DNA from: Octopus vulgaris | Taxonomy: Eukaryota | Assembly (NCBI GenBank): GCA_951406725.2 | Contig: OX597814.1 | Span: 222,332,001-222,396,000, forward strand | Length of the DNA: 64,000 bases | Reading direction: 5' to 3' | Part shown: in pieces, positions 1-13,616 of the stretch | Position numbering within the stretch: the stretch's first letter is position 1 | Layout of the letters: every line of letters begins with the position of its first letter | Notes under the pieces: generated by a model | What the model saw: only the letters and a program-made list of their open reading frames with translations | What the model was told of the DNA's origin: nothing | Databases searched by the model: none | Position numbers and translations under genes: made by a program

Positions 1-736
1 ACGGCATCAGGTGATTTATTTTTGAAATTTCCGCATATATAAGAAATCTTACCAAGAAAGCATACATGATTCAGTAGAAAAACTGAATTAAATGCAACTA
101 TGTCAATACAACGATTCCAAGGGTTCGTTTGATTTTTTAGTCAAGAAGGAAAGCAATTCTCATGATGCTTTCTGATGCCTCCATAACTGGCGGGTAGAAA
201 ACAACAAGGTATCTTCAAATCCGAGGATTGCTTCGAATGTTTTAACAGTCAGGCATCCACTATCTTCACCAAAGATTCCAAAGATTGGCGGTGTAGAATC
301 TTGAGGTGTATTAAATGCATCATGCAAGTACGCTAATGCATGATCTGTGATATGCAAACAGAAGGTACTAACCGTAATAAATACAAGAAGTTTCAGGCGA
401 TGAAGTTATATGCCTGCTAACCCACTTTATTGGCATTTTTTTTTTATCTATCTCGAATCTCTGTCCCACTGCTCAACCTGTCCCACCTATGATCTCGAGC
501 AAATTCAGTTGTGGTTACATGGAAATAATTGCGTAATCCCTTGTTGTGTTGTGCTGCTTCTTAACGTCTTTCTTGTACTACTTGTTTTATTCTTTTCTTC
601 TCCCCGTCTTCCAATATAAACTCATTTCTAACCCTCACTCAAAAGGTTTCCCCACGAGTTAGATATCTCAACAAGTTTCCTTGTACAATATGCACACATT
701 CTTCCACACTTATCAGTTCCTTTCCTCCATTTGCTA

Positions 737-774
<38 letters not shown>

Positions 775-2101
775 ATATATATGCAGACTTCAAGTCAAAT
801 CGTCCCAACACTTTTCACACATAATGTTATAATTTCAATACATCAAATAAATAAACTGAAACAAATAAATTAAAAGTAGCTTTTACTAAAAGTGGCATTT
901 CTTTCCTCGTGAAACAATATAAATCTGATAGAATTTGCAAACATTCATCGCTCTGAACTACACAAATGTTCCACGTGCATAAAAGCTAATAATACACGGG
1001 ATTATAGACGAGATTTCTTCGACATTTACATTAAACAGAAGACGGGAAAACTATAGCAAAACGACGTCGAAACATCATCCCATATACAAAATTTGGTTAA
1101 CGAAAATAAATAAATACATCTACAAAAAAAAATTGATATCTTAGACAGGATAAAAGCGACTTGCAGAAAAGAGAGAAAACAATCACAAGCTGCCTCACTC
1201 GAACAAACCAGATAATTCTTTGCACATTTAAAAGCAAAAATGAATTCTTCCTATGCTGAGTACAAGTGTATAACTAGAGTGTAGTATATGTGAGTTACAT
1301 ACAGAAGGAAGACAACCATAATGTTGAGCATGTGTATTTATGTGTCCTCCTATTTGATAAGAGTAAACCGGAAACACGCATACACACAAGACAAGAAAAG
1401 GAAGAAATTCCTCCCCTGCTAAATAACTAAAAAATCACTTACGAATACATAATTGTAAATGTTATTCTTTACTAATCCGATCAAATCTGTACCAGCTTAT
1501 GCTACTTTCAACCTCAAACTCTGTGGAAACTCGAACCTAGTCCACCTCAAAAATTAGCCGCCAAGTCCTGTAGTTGAATATATACAAAACATTCATGCAT
1601 ACATAGATCTACGTATTTACATAAAGACTTGTATTTCAGTCGACATTACCAGTGAGGAAGAGAATAATTAAAAACAACTGCGGAATAGAATTTTCCACCC
1701 AGATTTTAGATATATCTTAGCAGCTATAACTGGTAGAGGTTGATACCAATTATAAATAAATGTCTTAGTAATTCGTTTGAATATCTAATGAAAAATGACC
1801 AGCAGATTTGCACATTACAAATAAAAGTATCAGAAAAGTAATTATATACACCAAACTTGAATTGACTTGAAAATAGTATATATACAGCGATACAACTTTT
1901 ATTTATTAACAACTGGCTGATTTATGTATAAGAAGAATTTACATAATAAATAATTACATCATATATACTTGCATAGATATACTTGTGTGTGTGACATATG
2001 CGTGTATGTAAGAATGAACACACACATATAAATACACACACACGTATACACAGACATACGCATACACACATACACGCAAAACAGGCACACACACATACAC
2101 A

Positions 2102-2173
<72 letters not shown>

Positions 2174-4360
2174 AAATCACAGTAGGCTTCCACGTCCTTC
2201 TTGTTCATGAAAATAGCGTGGTGGATATGCAATGAAATGTAAAGAAAAGATGAAAAATATAATCAGAAATTGAAGCACGCACGTCGTTCTTTAATTTCGT
2301 AGATCTCTTGCGCTCGAAACATTTGTCGTATGCATAGAAAACAAACAAAAGAGCACACACACACACACACACACACAGACAAAAGAATACACATACACAC
2401 ACGATTGAGCAAGTGTACACATGCATATGTGTATGTGTATATATATATATATACATGCATATGCAAATGTATATGGATGTATACATATATACATATAAAT
2501 GTATGTAATAGATATATATATGCCTATATATGTTTATATAAGTATGTACGTATATATATATATATATTTATGTATATATATACATATATATATATATGTA
2601 TGTATACGTATATATATATATATATGTGTGTGTGTGCACGCATATATATATATATATATACGTACATACTTTCGTACATACTTTCATGCATGCATACATA
2701 CATACATACATACATACATACATACATGCATGAATACATACAGACTTTCATGCATAGACCACAGAGGCGCACACAAGCACACACTCTGACACATATATAC
2801 CCTGTGGAATTTTACATTATAGCCCTTGATCCGGTCTTTTTAATAACATGTAGTTTATTGCATTCCGTTTTGTTACAGATAAATAATACTGACAAAAGAG
2901 CAGAGGAAGGGGAAAAATCATTGAAACCCTGTCATGTAGTGCAGCGATAAATAAACCTATTAGAAATATATTGTGACCTTATGTACAGAAATTCTAAGAA
3001 TACTGTTAGTACTGCAACCTCTTTTCTTACTCATGAGCTCTGTTATTCTTAATTATTTTCTTTGGCGTGCCAAGCAGGTCATGCTAGGTGAAGGATAGGA
3101 AATTATTCAGAACTTTTAGGCCAGGAAGTACAGAAAGAAATATTTTGTACCGAACGAAACATAGCAATATCCCGCCTTTTGCTTTACATTTACAAATAAT
3201 ACAAGTGTTGTGAAAGACTTATGGAAAAGAACGTCTGAATTTTCGTTAAAGGAATAATACAAAAAATGGTACCTACCGTTGGCGTAGAATGAGGGGCATA
3301 ATTACAAAATTAAGAATTAGGTCACAAAAATATTGATTTTTATAGTTTATAAGAAAACTAATTTTTCTTAGCTGACACAGGGATATATGAGACCATGATT
3401 TGGACTTACTAGTCCTCAACAGAGAACAAAGAATACATCTGCATTAGTGTTAAGTGCTTTGCTAACATGAAGAACATATCCATTTATGGTCCCCTAGTGG
3501 GCAATAGGTTTACTAACTGTTAAAACTACGAAATGTTTTATATGCTGTAGACAAAAATATTTAAGCAGTTGTGCAGAGAGTTCTTCATTTCGCATATGGA
3601 TCGATAATTTGTACATTTACCCAAAGAGAATAATAATATCTACATGATCGTTTAGGCAAACACAAATTGATATTTCGTAACGCGTGTTGTCTCTGGATGG
3701 GTTTATGTGTATACATAGACACCCATAGATGCACACACAACTACATATGGATTTATAAATGCCCATATTCAAGCATACTCATAGGTGTGTGTGTGTCTAT
3801 GTGTGTGTGTCTGTGTCTGTGTGAGTGTGTGCGCGCGCGTCTATTGTGTAAAATATTGGTACTCAAATATTTTGGAGGCTGTCGCAATGCGAATGACCGT
3901 ACGAAAAGAAGAATTAAATAATAATAATACAAAATAAAATGCCGAGAAATATTGGGGTAAATTGCACTTTACCATCTGAAATTGCAAATTATGTTGAAGG
4001 GAGTTTGAAAATTTTAAAACATATCTATTGATTGATTACATTTGTACGTAAACACCGTTGTGTGTGAGTATGTGTGTGGATGGCGTACGTGTAGACAAAT
4101 TTCTTCCAAACACAGCGGGTTTTTGAAGCCATGCTCATTTGGATTCCTGAGCCGACAAGTACAAAGCTCCTTCCAGACCAGCATGCTTGTTCATTACAGA
4201 AATAATCGTTCCATATTTCGATGCTGGTTCATTTTCTTAGGTGAGTGAAAATGGCAAAATCAACAGGAAAGTATTTTCTTAAAAAAACAAAGCACTGTCG
4301 GGTAAATATATATATATACATATGTGTACACACACATATATATAATATACATAAATATAT

Positions 4361-4910
4361 CTCTATGTCACGCTGGTGAGACCCATATTGGAGTACGGGA
4401 TTCAAGCCTCTTCTCTTTATCTCCTCAAAGACATACAACATCTCGAAAGAGTCCAGAAGCTGGCTACCCGCATGGTTCTTGGTCTCAAGAATTTGTCTTA
4501 TGAAGAAAGGCTGAAGACGCTCGACCTTTATTCTCTAGAAAAACAACGACGCCGTGGAGATCTCATTCTTGCTCACAACATCATAAGCGGAAAGTGTAAC
4601 CTCTCAAAAGAGCTGTTCTTCACTCCTGCTACAGAGCGTCGGCTGCGGGGTCATTCCGAAAAGCTCTATTTGCGACGATTTCATCTAAATCGAAGGAGGG
4701 GGGCTTTCTCCATCCGGGTTGCGGATCCGTGGAATAAGCTGCCAGACGAGATAGTGAAGATGCCGACGACCGCTCGGTTCAAAGTCTCCCTTGACCTCAA
4801 GTGGCCTGAACTCTTTACATGAACACCACCCTGTACATAAATCCATGTCCCCCTACATGGCCTTGCTTTTTGCTTTTTGAGCTCAAAAATTAACTAACTA
4901 ACTAACTAAC
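4361..4910 (+). mobile_element. 5'-truncated CR1-group LINE, C-terminal part of ORF2 plus 3' UTR and (AACT)n tail
   Basis: ORF 4376-4822 reads (LV)RPILEYG...HLERVQKLATRMV..L..LSYEERL..LDLYSLEKQRRRGDLI...LRGH..KL...FSIRVADPWNKLP, the typical post-RT region of CR1/Jockey-group LINEs; it ends in aactaactaactaactaac. Confidence 0.9.
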
Positions 4911-5115
4911 ATATATTTGTACATGTGGGTGAATGCATGTATGCATATGTGTGTGTGTGTGTGTACACCCGTACACATATAAACTATTCTATAGATAATT
5001 AAATCAGCATTAAGGAAAAGAACGATTTCACAGTAACTGCAACAGAGTTGGGTGACGTATGAATAAATTATTGTATGATCATATACACACAACTTCACAC
5101 GCACAAATGCACACA

Positions 5116-5157
<42 letters not shown>

Positions 5158-5167
5158 GTATACATAA

Positions 5168-5214
<47 letters not shown>

Positions 5215-5225
5215 CGTATACATAA

Positions 5226-5289
<64 letters not shown>

Positions 5290-6097
5290 ATGTGTGTGCG
5301 TGTGTATGTGTGTGTGCCTGTATATGTGGTGTGTGTAATATATATGTCTGCGGGTTTCTAATTTATAGCGGTCTTCTTGTGTATGTATGTTTGTATTCAA
5401 ATATGTGATTCTTTATAAATTTCGTTTCAGTGTGAATGATTATTCCAGATTTCTGACAAAGTTCAATTTAATCAATTCCTGGATATTTCCGAAAATAATT
5501 TTCTCTCACTTTGCTCATCGGAAAAGAAAAAAAATAATAAAATGCTATTCATCAGAATATAGTAAAAGTAGTTGCCTCACAATACTATATTCGAGTGGAG
5601 TCATATTATATATTTTGCAGTATAACTAAGGAAGGCAGGTTGTATTTATATAACGAGAAGTGTCGAATCACGTTCATGAATACTTGGGCAAACCTGATTC
5701 CAAACGAAAATCGAAACTGTGAGAACATTTAGGAGATAAAAATGAGTGATTTTATGAGTGAGGTGGGCATAGAATCGAGCGCTATATTACGGTGTACGGT
5801 GAATCACGATGTATGAGTAATCAATCTATAAATATTTGTATGAGGTTTTATTTAAGGAGGAAAAGATTTTCAGTGTTAATAAGAGTACACAGTGACACAG
5901 TGAGAGAAAATAAAAATAGAAGTGAATATGTACGAAACCATTAAATACTCGTTATATGTGTTTATTTTATTTATTTTCTTTTTGTACTGTTCGATCCGGT
6001 AAATCGCTTCAAGGACGACTTCCTCATTGCACTGGTTGTTAAAACACCTGTAAGTCATAGACAGGCGACACAGAAGTGATGGACACTGATATTTCGT

Positions 6098-6139
<42 letters not shown>

Positions 6140-6299
6140 TGTATACATATATGTGTGTGTGTGTGTGTGTGTGTTAACATATACATACTTATATACATTC
6201 ATACACGCACACATATACATATCTGTACACATATAAACTTTCTTTTTTTTTCAGTTTGAATAAATTTTGATAGACTACCTACTTAGTAACTAGTTTGCG

Positions 6300-6835
6300 A
6301 AAGAAAGCATCCTGTTCTGTTCCTTAATGATCCCAGATATCGCTACTATTTGTAATGCATGGATTAAGGAATTGCGTTCCCCACTGACTTCATTCAGGAC
6401 AGATTGCTATGAATCCTGCTTTTCCAATTATAATTATGTAGCTAAAAGTGTATTTCGGGTACTGGATATACAAACGCCTCGTGAATGGTTCAGAGATGTC
6501 ACATTGCCCTTGTAATTTCCTAACCATGCTGGTATGCAGAGTGCAGCTGATTTCCGCAACAGAATGTATCATTTCCTTGTGACCATCCAAAACAAAATCT
6601 GGCCGGTTGGGTTTTAACTTGGTGGCTGCTTTACTTTTTAAGTTCCCTTAAATCATCTATATCTCCATTGATGTTAAAGTTTCCTGTAACTCTGAGCAAT
6701 TTGCAAGTGCGACCGTTATCTTACTGAGTTCTTGTAGTAAAACTTCAGAATGCCATATGTTGGCGTGAGAACAGACACTGCAAAGATATTGTGGGCTATA
6801 TGTTTGTTCTATGCTGAGAGTTCTGATGAACATAT
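6300..6835 (-). mobile_element. Degenerate, internally deleted R4/Dong-like (REL-endonuclease) non-LTR retrotransposon fragment
   Basis: Minus-strand translation gives SELSA*NKHIAHNIFAVSVLTPTYGIL (post-RT motif) and KPNRPDFVL...AEISC...YPKYTF..IIIGKAGF (PD..E restriction-like endonuclease); contains stops and frameshifts. Confidence 0.7.
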
Positions 6836-7051
6836 TCTGAATATATGTATGTATTTCCGCATGTATGTTTGCATGTACGTATGCATGTATGTACGCTCTA
6901 AAGTATATAAATGCGTACCTATGTATGTATGTATGTATGTATGTATGTATGTATGTATGTATGTATGTATGTATGTATGTATGTATGTATGTATGTATGT
7001 ATATATGTATGTATGCATATATGTATTTATGTATGGATGTATGTATGTATG

Positions 7052-7603
7052 TCAGGTCACTTTCGAGTGCTACTGGTAACATGTAACCCAGTACAACCTG
7101 TTTCATGGTCGGGTCGTTGGCGACTAAACCGGCAACCCCACCAAACTTGCTTGGTGATAAGGGTGTTTATTGGACACCCTGCGGTATGAAAAAGAAAACC
7201 CGTCAAAGGACGGAGGAACTTTTGAGAGTCAACGGCCATCCAATAAATGCCTTAAAGCTGTATCATGCTCGGGGACATAGAAGTAATCGGACTGAATACC
7301 CGATCGCGCGGTTAAACCATTGGGAGTGAAGGACTCCTAGCCTTTGTTAGGGCATCCTTCTAGGAGAAGGTAACTTAGGTAACTGGGATAACTCCGACAT
7401 AAAACCTGCGACTCAGCGGTTACCGATGATGTTGACTTGTTCTTCTTTTCGGATTTTGGCTGCTGTTGCTTAGTGAGTGGGATTGACTCAGTGCACAACT
7501 TTTCCTCACATAAAAAAAAATCTTCTTGCACAGGTATTACATGATAACAAGATTGATTAAGCTTCGTGCAATGGCCATACTCGATAACGAGGGGGCAGCC
7601 ACC
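7052..7603 (+). mobile_element. Non-coding interspersed repeat inserted in (TATG)n, probably RTE-LINE-derived
   Basis: GC-richer 550-bp island flanked on both sides by (TATG)n; the segment gcctttgttagggcatccttctaggagaaggtaac...aaaacc resembles RTE 5'-UTR motifs; no credible ORF. Confidence 0.45.
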
Positions 7604-8914
7604 ATGCATATATGTATGTATGTGTGTATGCATATATATATGTATGTATGTTTGTCTCTATGTATGTATGCATACATGTATATATGTATGTATGTTTGTA
7701 TCTATGTATGTATGCATACATGTATGTATGTCTTCCAGCCCAACCAGCAGGAAAGCACCATGCGAAATCTAGAACAGTGGCATTACTCATCATGAGTCAA
7801 TCACAGAAAACTCATGTCACAGGAAATCTGCAATACTTTCAAGCCTTAGAGTACGCGGTTGCTCCATGACTCATACTTCAGCGATAGATAAAGAATAAGG
7901 AATAAAGAAATTGATAAAAAATACTGAAATGAAATATAATTGTTGAAATCTTTTGAATGTTCAACAAACATGTTTAAATAAATCTTGAAATACTTTAGAA
8001 AATACTGAATGAACTTTATGAGTGAAACCGTGTTTAATTCGGGCGTGAAGAGCCTCATATGATGTTCTATTAGATATCAATATCAGGAAGAAATGAGGAC
8101 AAAAAAGTGCGGTATCTGACACGTTTTCTGTCAACGATCGAATGTCAATTGTGTCTATTACTAAAAAAAGAAAGGAGAAAAAAATCTCTGATATAAACTA
8201 AAGAAATCGAAGGACAGAAATTTTTAGCCAATCGTAGACCAATGAATTTAGAAAAAAATTGAATTAAAATACAGTTCGAATAACAGTAAAAGAGAAAAAA
8301 TAGAATTAAAATGGTGAAATTATATATGATTTTGCTGAAATACATTAAAGAAATTTGGCTTCCAAATTTCCAGGCAAACGTAACTTATACAAATTATCGA
8401 CCTGCCTCGCGCTCTACGTCATTGGCTTTCTCACCCTATAAAAATACGCAACCACAAACAAGCACGCCTCTCTATATAAGTGTTTGTGTGTGTGTATGCG
8501 TGCACGTGTGGGTGTGTAGGTGTGTTCCTTACCATGCTTCTTATGACAGTCGAAAATAAAGTAAGAAAAGTATATAAGAACTATTGAATGAAATGAAAGA
8601 TTGCCTTCATTTTGCTATTTACGTATGTGCAATCTGTAAGTAAGTATGAAGTTGAACTCCATTACATTTCGTTCAACACAGTTTGACATCACCGATTCTT
8701 TAACTCTCTCTCTCTCACTTTAAGCACATACAACTTTGTACAATATTGTAAGACATGTCTAAACTTAAGGGAAAAAAATCTATCATATCATTTATACATA
8801 ACATATATGCACACATGTGAACGAGTGATAGTATTCTGATACATCGAACGTGTAAGTGATATTCACAAAACATATATTCATAAATACGTATATTCACACG
8901 CTTAGATATTCGTG

Positions 8915-8950
8915 TAAATGTGCATGTTTATGTAAATAAATATATACATA

Positions 8951-9001
<51 letters not shown>

Positions 9002-9164
9002 TATATATATATATACGTATATATTATTGCGTATGTATGTACATATATATACATACATATACGTATATACTTATATTTATATATATAAATAAATATATAT
9101 ATATGTACTTATATTCATATACATAAATATATATATGCATATATATACATATGTATTTAAACAT

Positions 9165-9199
<35 letters not shown>

Positions 9200-9219
9200 C
9201 AAATATATACATACATTTA

Positions 9220-9269
<50 letters not shown>

Positions 9270-9328
9270 TATATATATGCATGCACACACACATACATAT
9301 ATACATGTATATATATATACACATATAT

Positions 9329-9388
<60 letters not shown>

Positions 9389-9410
9389 ATGTATATGTAC
9401 ATATATTTGT
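8915..9410. repeat. Long compound (TA)n/(CA)n low-complexity tract
   Basis: Direct inspection; source of many YI/HT artefact ORFs. Confidence 0.95.
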
Positions 9411-9702
9411 ATCGAACTAGTATTGATTTTAGTTGCAATGCACGTATTTCCGATATAAATTTCATATGCCCAAATTTGACATCCTATACAACTGCATTCT
9501 ATACAAACATTTCAAAATTATCACCTTTATAACCTGTAATCGAGAATTAAATTCAATATCATTTACTACTGCTCTCTGTATATAAAGTGCTTTTTTTTTT
9601 GCTACGGCCATATTCACAGTGGTTGAAAATGATCCAAATTCCTGAGATGAACTATTCAGTGAGTGTATGCTTACGACTGAATTGGTGAAACCAATTTCGT
9701 GA

Positions 9703-10261
9703 TAGCAATTGAAAAGGAAGAAATCCGTACAAAACAGATAAGGCAAAATTCAGAAAATGTTATTGCATCCAAGTACGACATTACGACGGAGATTCTTACA
9801 GAAACATGAACACAACAACAACAGCAACAACAGCAGCAACAACATTAACAGGAGCAGCAACGTCAACAACAGCAACAGCAGCAAGTACAGTAATACTGAT
9901 ACTAATACTAATAATAATATTTAGTATGTTGTCTCAACTTGTTGTCTCTTGAGGTCTCTGGGTGAGACTTGGAGCCAACTTGTAATTTGTATAGTAATTG
10001 AAAAGGAAGAAATCCGTACAAAACAGATAAGGCAAAATTCAGAAAATGTTATTGCATCCAAGTACGACATTACGACAGAGATTCTTACAGAAACATGAAC
10101 ACAACAACAACAGCAACAACAGCAGCAACAACATTAACAGAAGCAGCAACGTCAACAACAGCAACAGCAGCAAGTACAGTAATACTGATACTAATACTAA
10201 TAATAATATTTCAACTTGTTGTCTCTTGAGGTCTCTGGGTGAGACTTGGAGCCAACTTGTA
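9703..10261. repeat. Near-identical tandem duplication, unit about 290 bp
   Basis: aattgaaaaggaagaaatccgtac...ggagccaacttgta occurs at about 9707-9983 and 9997-10261 with only a few substitutions and one short indel. Confidence 0.95.
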
Positions 10262-10285
10262 CAAATGTAAAGCAAAAGTCAAACG

Positions 10286-10377
<92 letters not shown>

Positions 10378-10421
10378 TGATGATAATAATAATAATAATG
10401 ATAATGATCATAATAATAATA

Positions 10422-10468
<47 letters not shown>

Positions 10469-10470
10469 AA
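10211..10470 (+). mobile_element. Short retroelement 3' end (probably R4/Dong type) followed by a long (TAA)n/(TGATAA)n tract
   Basis: gtctcttgaggtctctgggtgagacttggagccaacttgtacaaatgtaaagcaaaagtcaaac runs directly into (TAA)n, the known target/tail type of Dong-group elements; family assignment is inference. Confidence 0.4.
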
Positions 10471-10578
10471 TCTTTTCTAGTATAGGCGCAAGGTTTGAAA
10501 TTTGAGGGAGGGTGATAGTCAATTACATCGACCCCAGTGCTCAACTTCAACTTAATTTATCGACCCCGAAAGCATGAA
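10470..10578 (-). mobile_element. SINE fragment (Meta-domain-like core plus tail)
   Basis: Reverse complement cttcatgctttcggggtcgataaattaag...ctggggtcgatgtaattgact...ccttgcgcctatactagaaaaga matches the SINE at 20358. Confidence 0.75.
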
Positions 10579-10860
10579 GGTATAATAATATTAATAATTA
10601 ATTTGTTTATTCGCCACAGGGGCTTACATAAAATTACATTAAGAGACATACAACAACATAAAAGGCAAAAACAGGACGATACAAAGGGTTTTACAACGTG
10701 TAAACAGTGTATATAACGAGTAAAAAATAACCGATTTAAAACTCCCAATAGCGGAGGCGCATTAAGGACCTCGTGAAAAAACCCACAAAAGTCACGGGTG
10801 CCTGATCAACAGGGCAAAAGCCCTTCTTTTGTTTACAGGTGCATGCTCAGAATGAGAGCT
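10579..10860 (-). mobile_element. Probable L1/Tx1-like LINE 3' UTR
   Basis: Minus strand is T-rich and ends ...tgtaagcccctgtggcgaataaacaaa, matching the tail of the SINEs at 35139-35630 and 51421-51647. Confidence 0.45.
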
Positions 10861-10889
10861 TCGCCAAAGAAGAAAGAGTCTGTCTTTAA

Positions 10890-11451
10890 CCCTTTCAATC
10901 ATGTTCACCATACAGTACGAGGCAGTGGCTTTCATGGCTTCACATCTTAACTGATTCGAAGTGCTATCATGTACATTGTTTTGTCTTGGTATAAAAGATA
11001 GGCTACAGCAGATACTCTGCTCACTACCACAGATTTGCTTGTCAGTTGTTTGACCTTAACCAGTTGAGCCTGTCTTTTAGTGGTTGATGATATGTGCATC
11101 TCTGATCACGAGTAGTGGGGGAGCATCATAGCCATATGCCGAGAAGAATTCTTTGGGATTTGGATAATTCACCTCTGGAAACATGGGTGTTTCGTTCAAC
11201 ATCTTTAATCAAGCCTTATTCAGGAACCTTTTGAGCGGGATGGTCTACTCAACCTGAAGAAATTTCTAACTGGGCCCCACCTACGAGGTCATGTGCTGTT
11301 AATCTTGATATGAGAAAACTATGTCACGCACATATGTTTGTAATGCATGTGGCTGGGGTGTCCTTATCTGACGGGTAGTCATGATGGGTATACTGGGCTT
11401 CGCATAATTTTACCCCAGTGTCACTTTGATGGCATGGACTGTTCTCTCACT

Positions 11452-11453
<2 letters not shown>
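10890..11453 (-). mobile_element. Non-coding interspersed repeat abutting (TAA)n, possibly an R4/Dong-type 5' region
   Basis: Complex GC-richer block ending ...ttaccccagtgtcactttgatggcatggactgttctctcactca directly at a (TAA)n tract; no ORF; family and orientation inferred. Confidence 0.4.
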
Positions 11454-11454
<1 letters not shown>

Positions 11455-11527
<73 letters not shown>

Positions 11528-11618
11528 GAGGAGGAGGAAGAGGAGACGAAGAAGAAGAAGAAGAAGAAGAAGAAGAAGAAGAAGAAGAAGAAGAAGAAGA
11601 AGAAGAAGAAGAAGAAGA
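11455..11618. repeat. Compound microsatellite (TAA)n(GAA)n(GAG)n(GAA)n
   Basis: Direct inspection. Confidence 0.97.
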
Positions 11619-12703
11619 CTACCAAACAAATATGAAAATACGTTTGTTATTATCTCATTGAAATCACAGTGTTCTTGTCCACAGATGTAAAGAAAAAGCA
11701 ACTAGAAAATGACCTATCACACATGGACACAATATATGACATTAGAAAAATGACCTTGACCTACGCACATGGAAACAATATATGCCAAACTATAGAAAAT
11801 AGACATAACCAAAAAAAGTGGACATAAGAAATTCGAACATTAACAGCTTAATAATATTCTTATGAAAGTCATAATATTCTCATTAAACCATCAATTTTCA
11901 TCTAATATTCATTTGGTCGAATGCTTACAGGACATGTTTATCCAAGGATGGTCTAATGTTAAGCAAAAATAGCTAAATTCAAAATGAATAATTTCTTTTT
12001 ATTTATATAACACCTAATGTAATATCGATCAGCATAGTGTCTCCTAACTGCTTCCTCCGGCTGCTCTTTACAGTAGTTTGTTTTAAACCCAATTTAGCTC
12101 CGATCAATCTGACCTAGACAAATCACAATTCAAACCATTACACTCTTTTCTGAACGAAACCGGTATCATCAAATCTCACATGGTGCAATAGAATAAGATG
12201 TGAGTTAAAGATTTGCTACTGTATAGCGACGGTATTTGGTTTATGGGGGAAAATTCTCACCTAGTACCCAACACTTGCCTAGCATACAACACTCACACAC
12301 AGCTGTATGATTTTTGCATGCAGTGGTTCACCCCAGCTCATAGACAAAGACAGTGGCAAAGTAGCTAAACGTGGCTGATGGTGACCAAAATGACTTAAAT
12401 TGAATTTACTTGAGGCATTTTCATTCGATATTTGGCGCACAGTATGGTATACCACGCTTCCCTTCTGCCACATGTTACGTGTGAACCACATGGTAAATAG
12501 AAGAGAGTGATGATATTCGTCTGGCGCAGCACTTCCGTAGTATAGGTAATACCGAACATATATCAAAATATTAGAAGAGATCTGTAGGGATGTTTGTGAT
12601 TTTGTGCGTATATTCACAAAAATATTTACGTGATCAGACCTGGTTGGTCGTAAAACAAAAATGACTTCTTTTAAAGAAGATACTCAGTGGATAAGATAAA
12701 GTA

Positions 12704-13616
12704 GAATTCTTAGTTACCAGAAAGAAAAAATTAGTCGATAGATTATATATTATTCAAAGAAGAATACAGTGTACATTCAAACACAAAAGAGATACCCGAA
12801 GAATAGGATATCTGACTCGCTAGAAAGAGCAGTTAAAACTCCAAGCCACCAATTGTTGTGATTCCGAAAGTGATTGGAAAATAAAAACTTTTACCTTAAT
12901 CCTAGACCCTGTAAGGTTTCTTTAGACTTAATTACAGACTGAAATAAAATAATTTCAGTCTATACCTGATGCTGCTTTTTCGTTAGGTTCCCAAACGTAC
13001 ACTGTATTCTTCTTTGAATAATATATAGTCTATTGACTAATTTTTTCTTTCTCGCTAGACCACTGGTAACTAAGAATTTTTCGACGAATATTCTTGCTAC
13101 CCTAAGATTTTAATTAATGATTAATTAAAATTATTTGGCTAATTCTTGAAGAAAATCGGCAATTTATTATTTTAGTGCTGGTTGAGTTCCGCTTCTGCGC
13201 GGTAGATTCAAAAAAAATATAACCTATAGACACGTGCCGGGTTATTTATCGCTCCGTGCCTATGTGTTCAGTCCTGGCAACCTACTGAAGAAGCAGCATC
13301 AGGTATAGACTGAAATTATTTTATTTCAGTCTGTATTTAAGTCTACAGAAACCTTACAGTGTCTAGGATAAAGGTAAACGTTTTTATTTTCCGATCACTT
13401 TCAGAATTACAACAATTGGTGGCTTGGTGTCTTAACTACTCTTTCTAGCGAGTCAGATATCCTATTCTTCGGGTATCTCTTTTGTGTTTGAATGTACACT
13501 GTATTCTTCTTTGAATAATATATAGTCTATTAACTAATTTATTCTTTCTTGCTAGACCACTGGTAACTAAGAATTTTTCGAGGAATATTCTTGCTACCCT
13601 AAGATTTTAATTAATG

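Noticed and set aside
4116-4240. Plus-strand segment with cag| and |gtgagt sites
   Set aside because: No recognisable peptide and no other plus-strand exon to join; such sites occur by chance.
6015-6058. Hammerhead-like remnant gact...aaaacacctgtaagtc
   Set aside because: Both conserved boxes are altered; too degenerate to call.
7052-7140. Possible HDV-like ribozyme at the 5' end of the RTE-like repeat (hairpins tactgg/ccagta and gtcg-ttgg-cgac-taa)
   Set aside because: I could not assemble P1/P2/P1.1 of the nested double pseudoknot by eye; needs a motif search on the family consensus.
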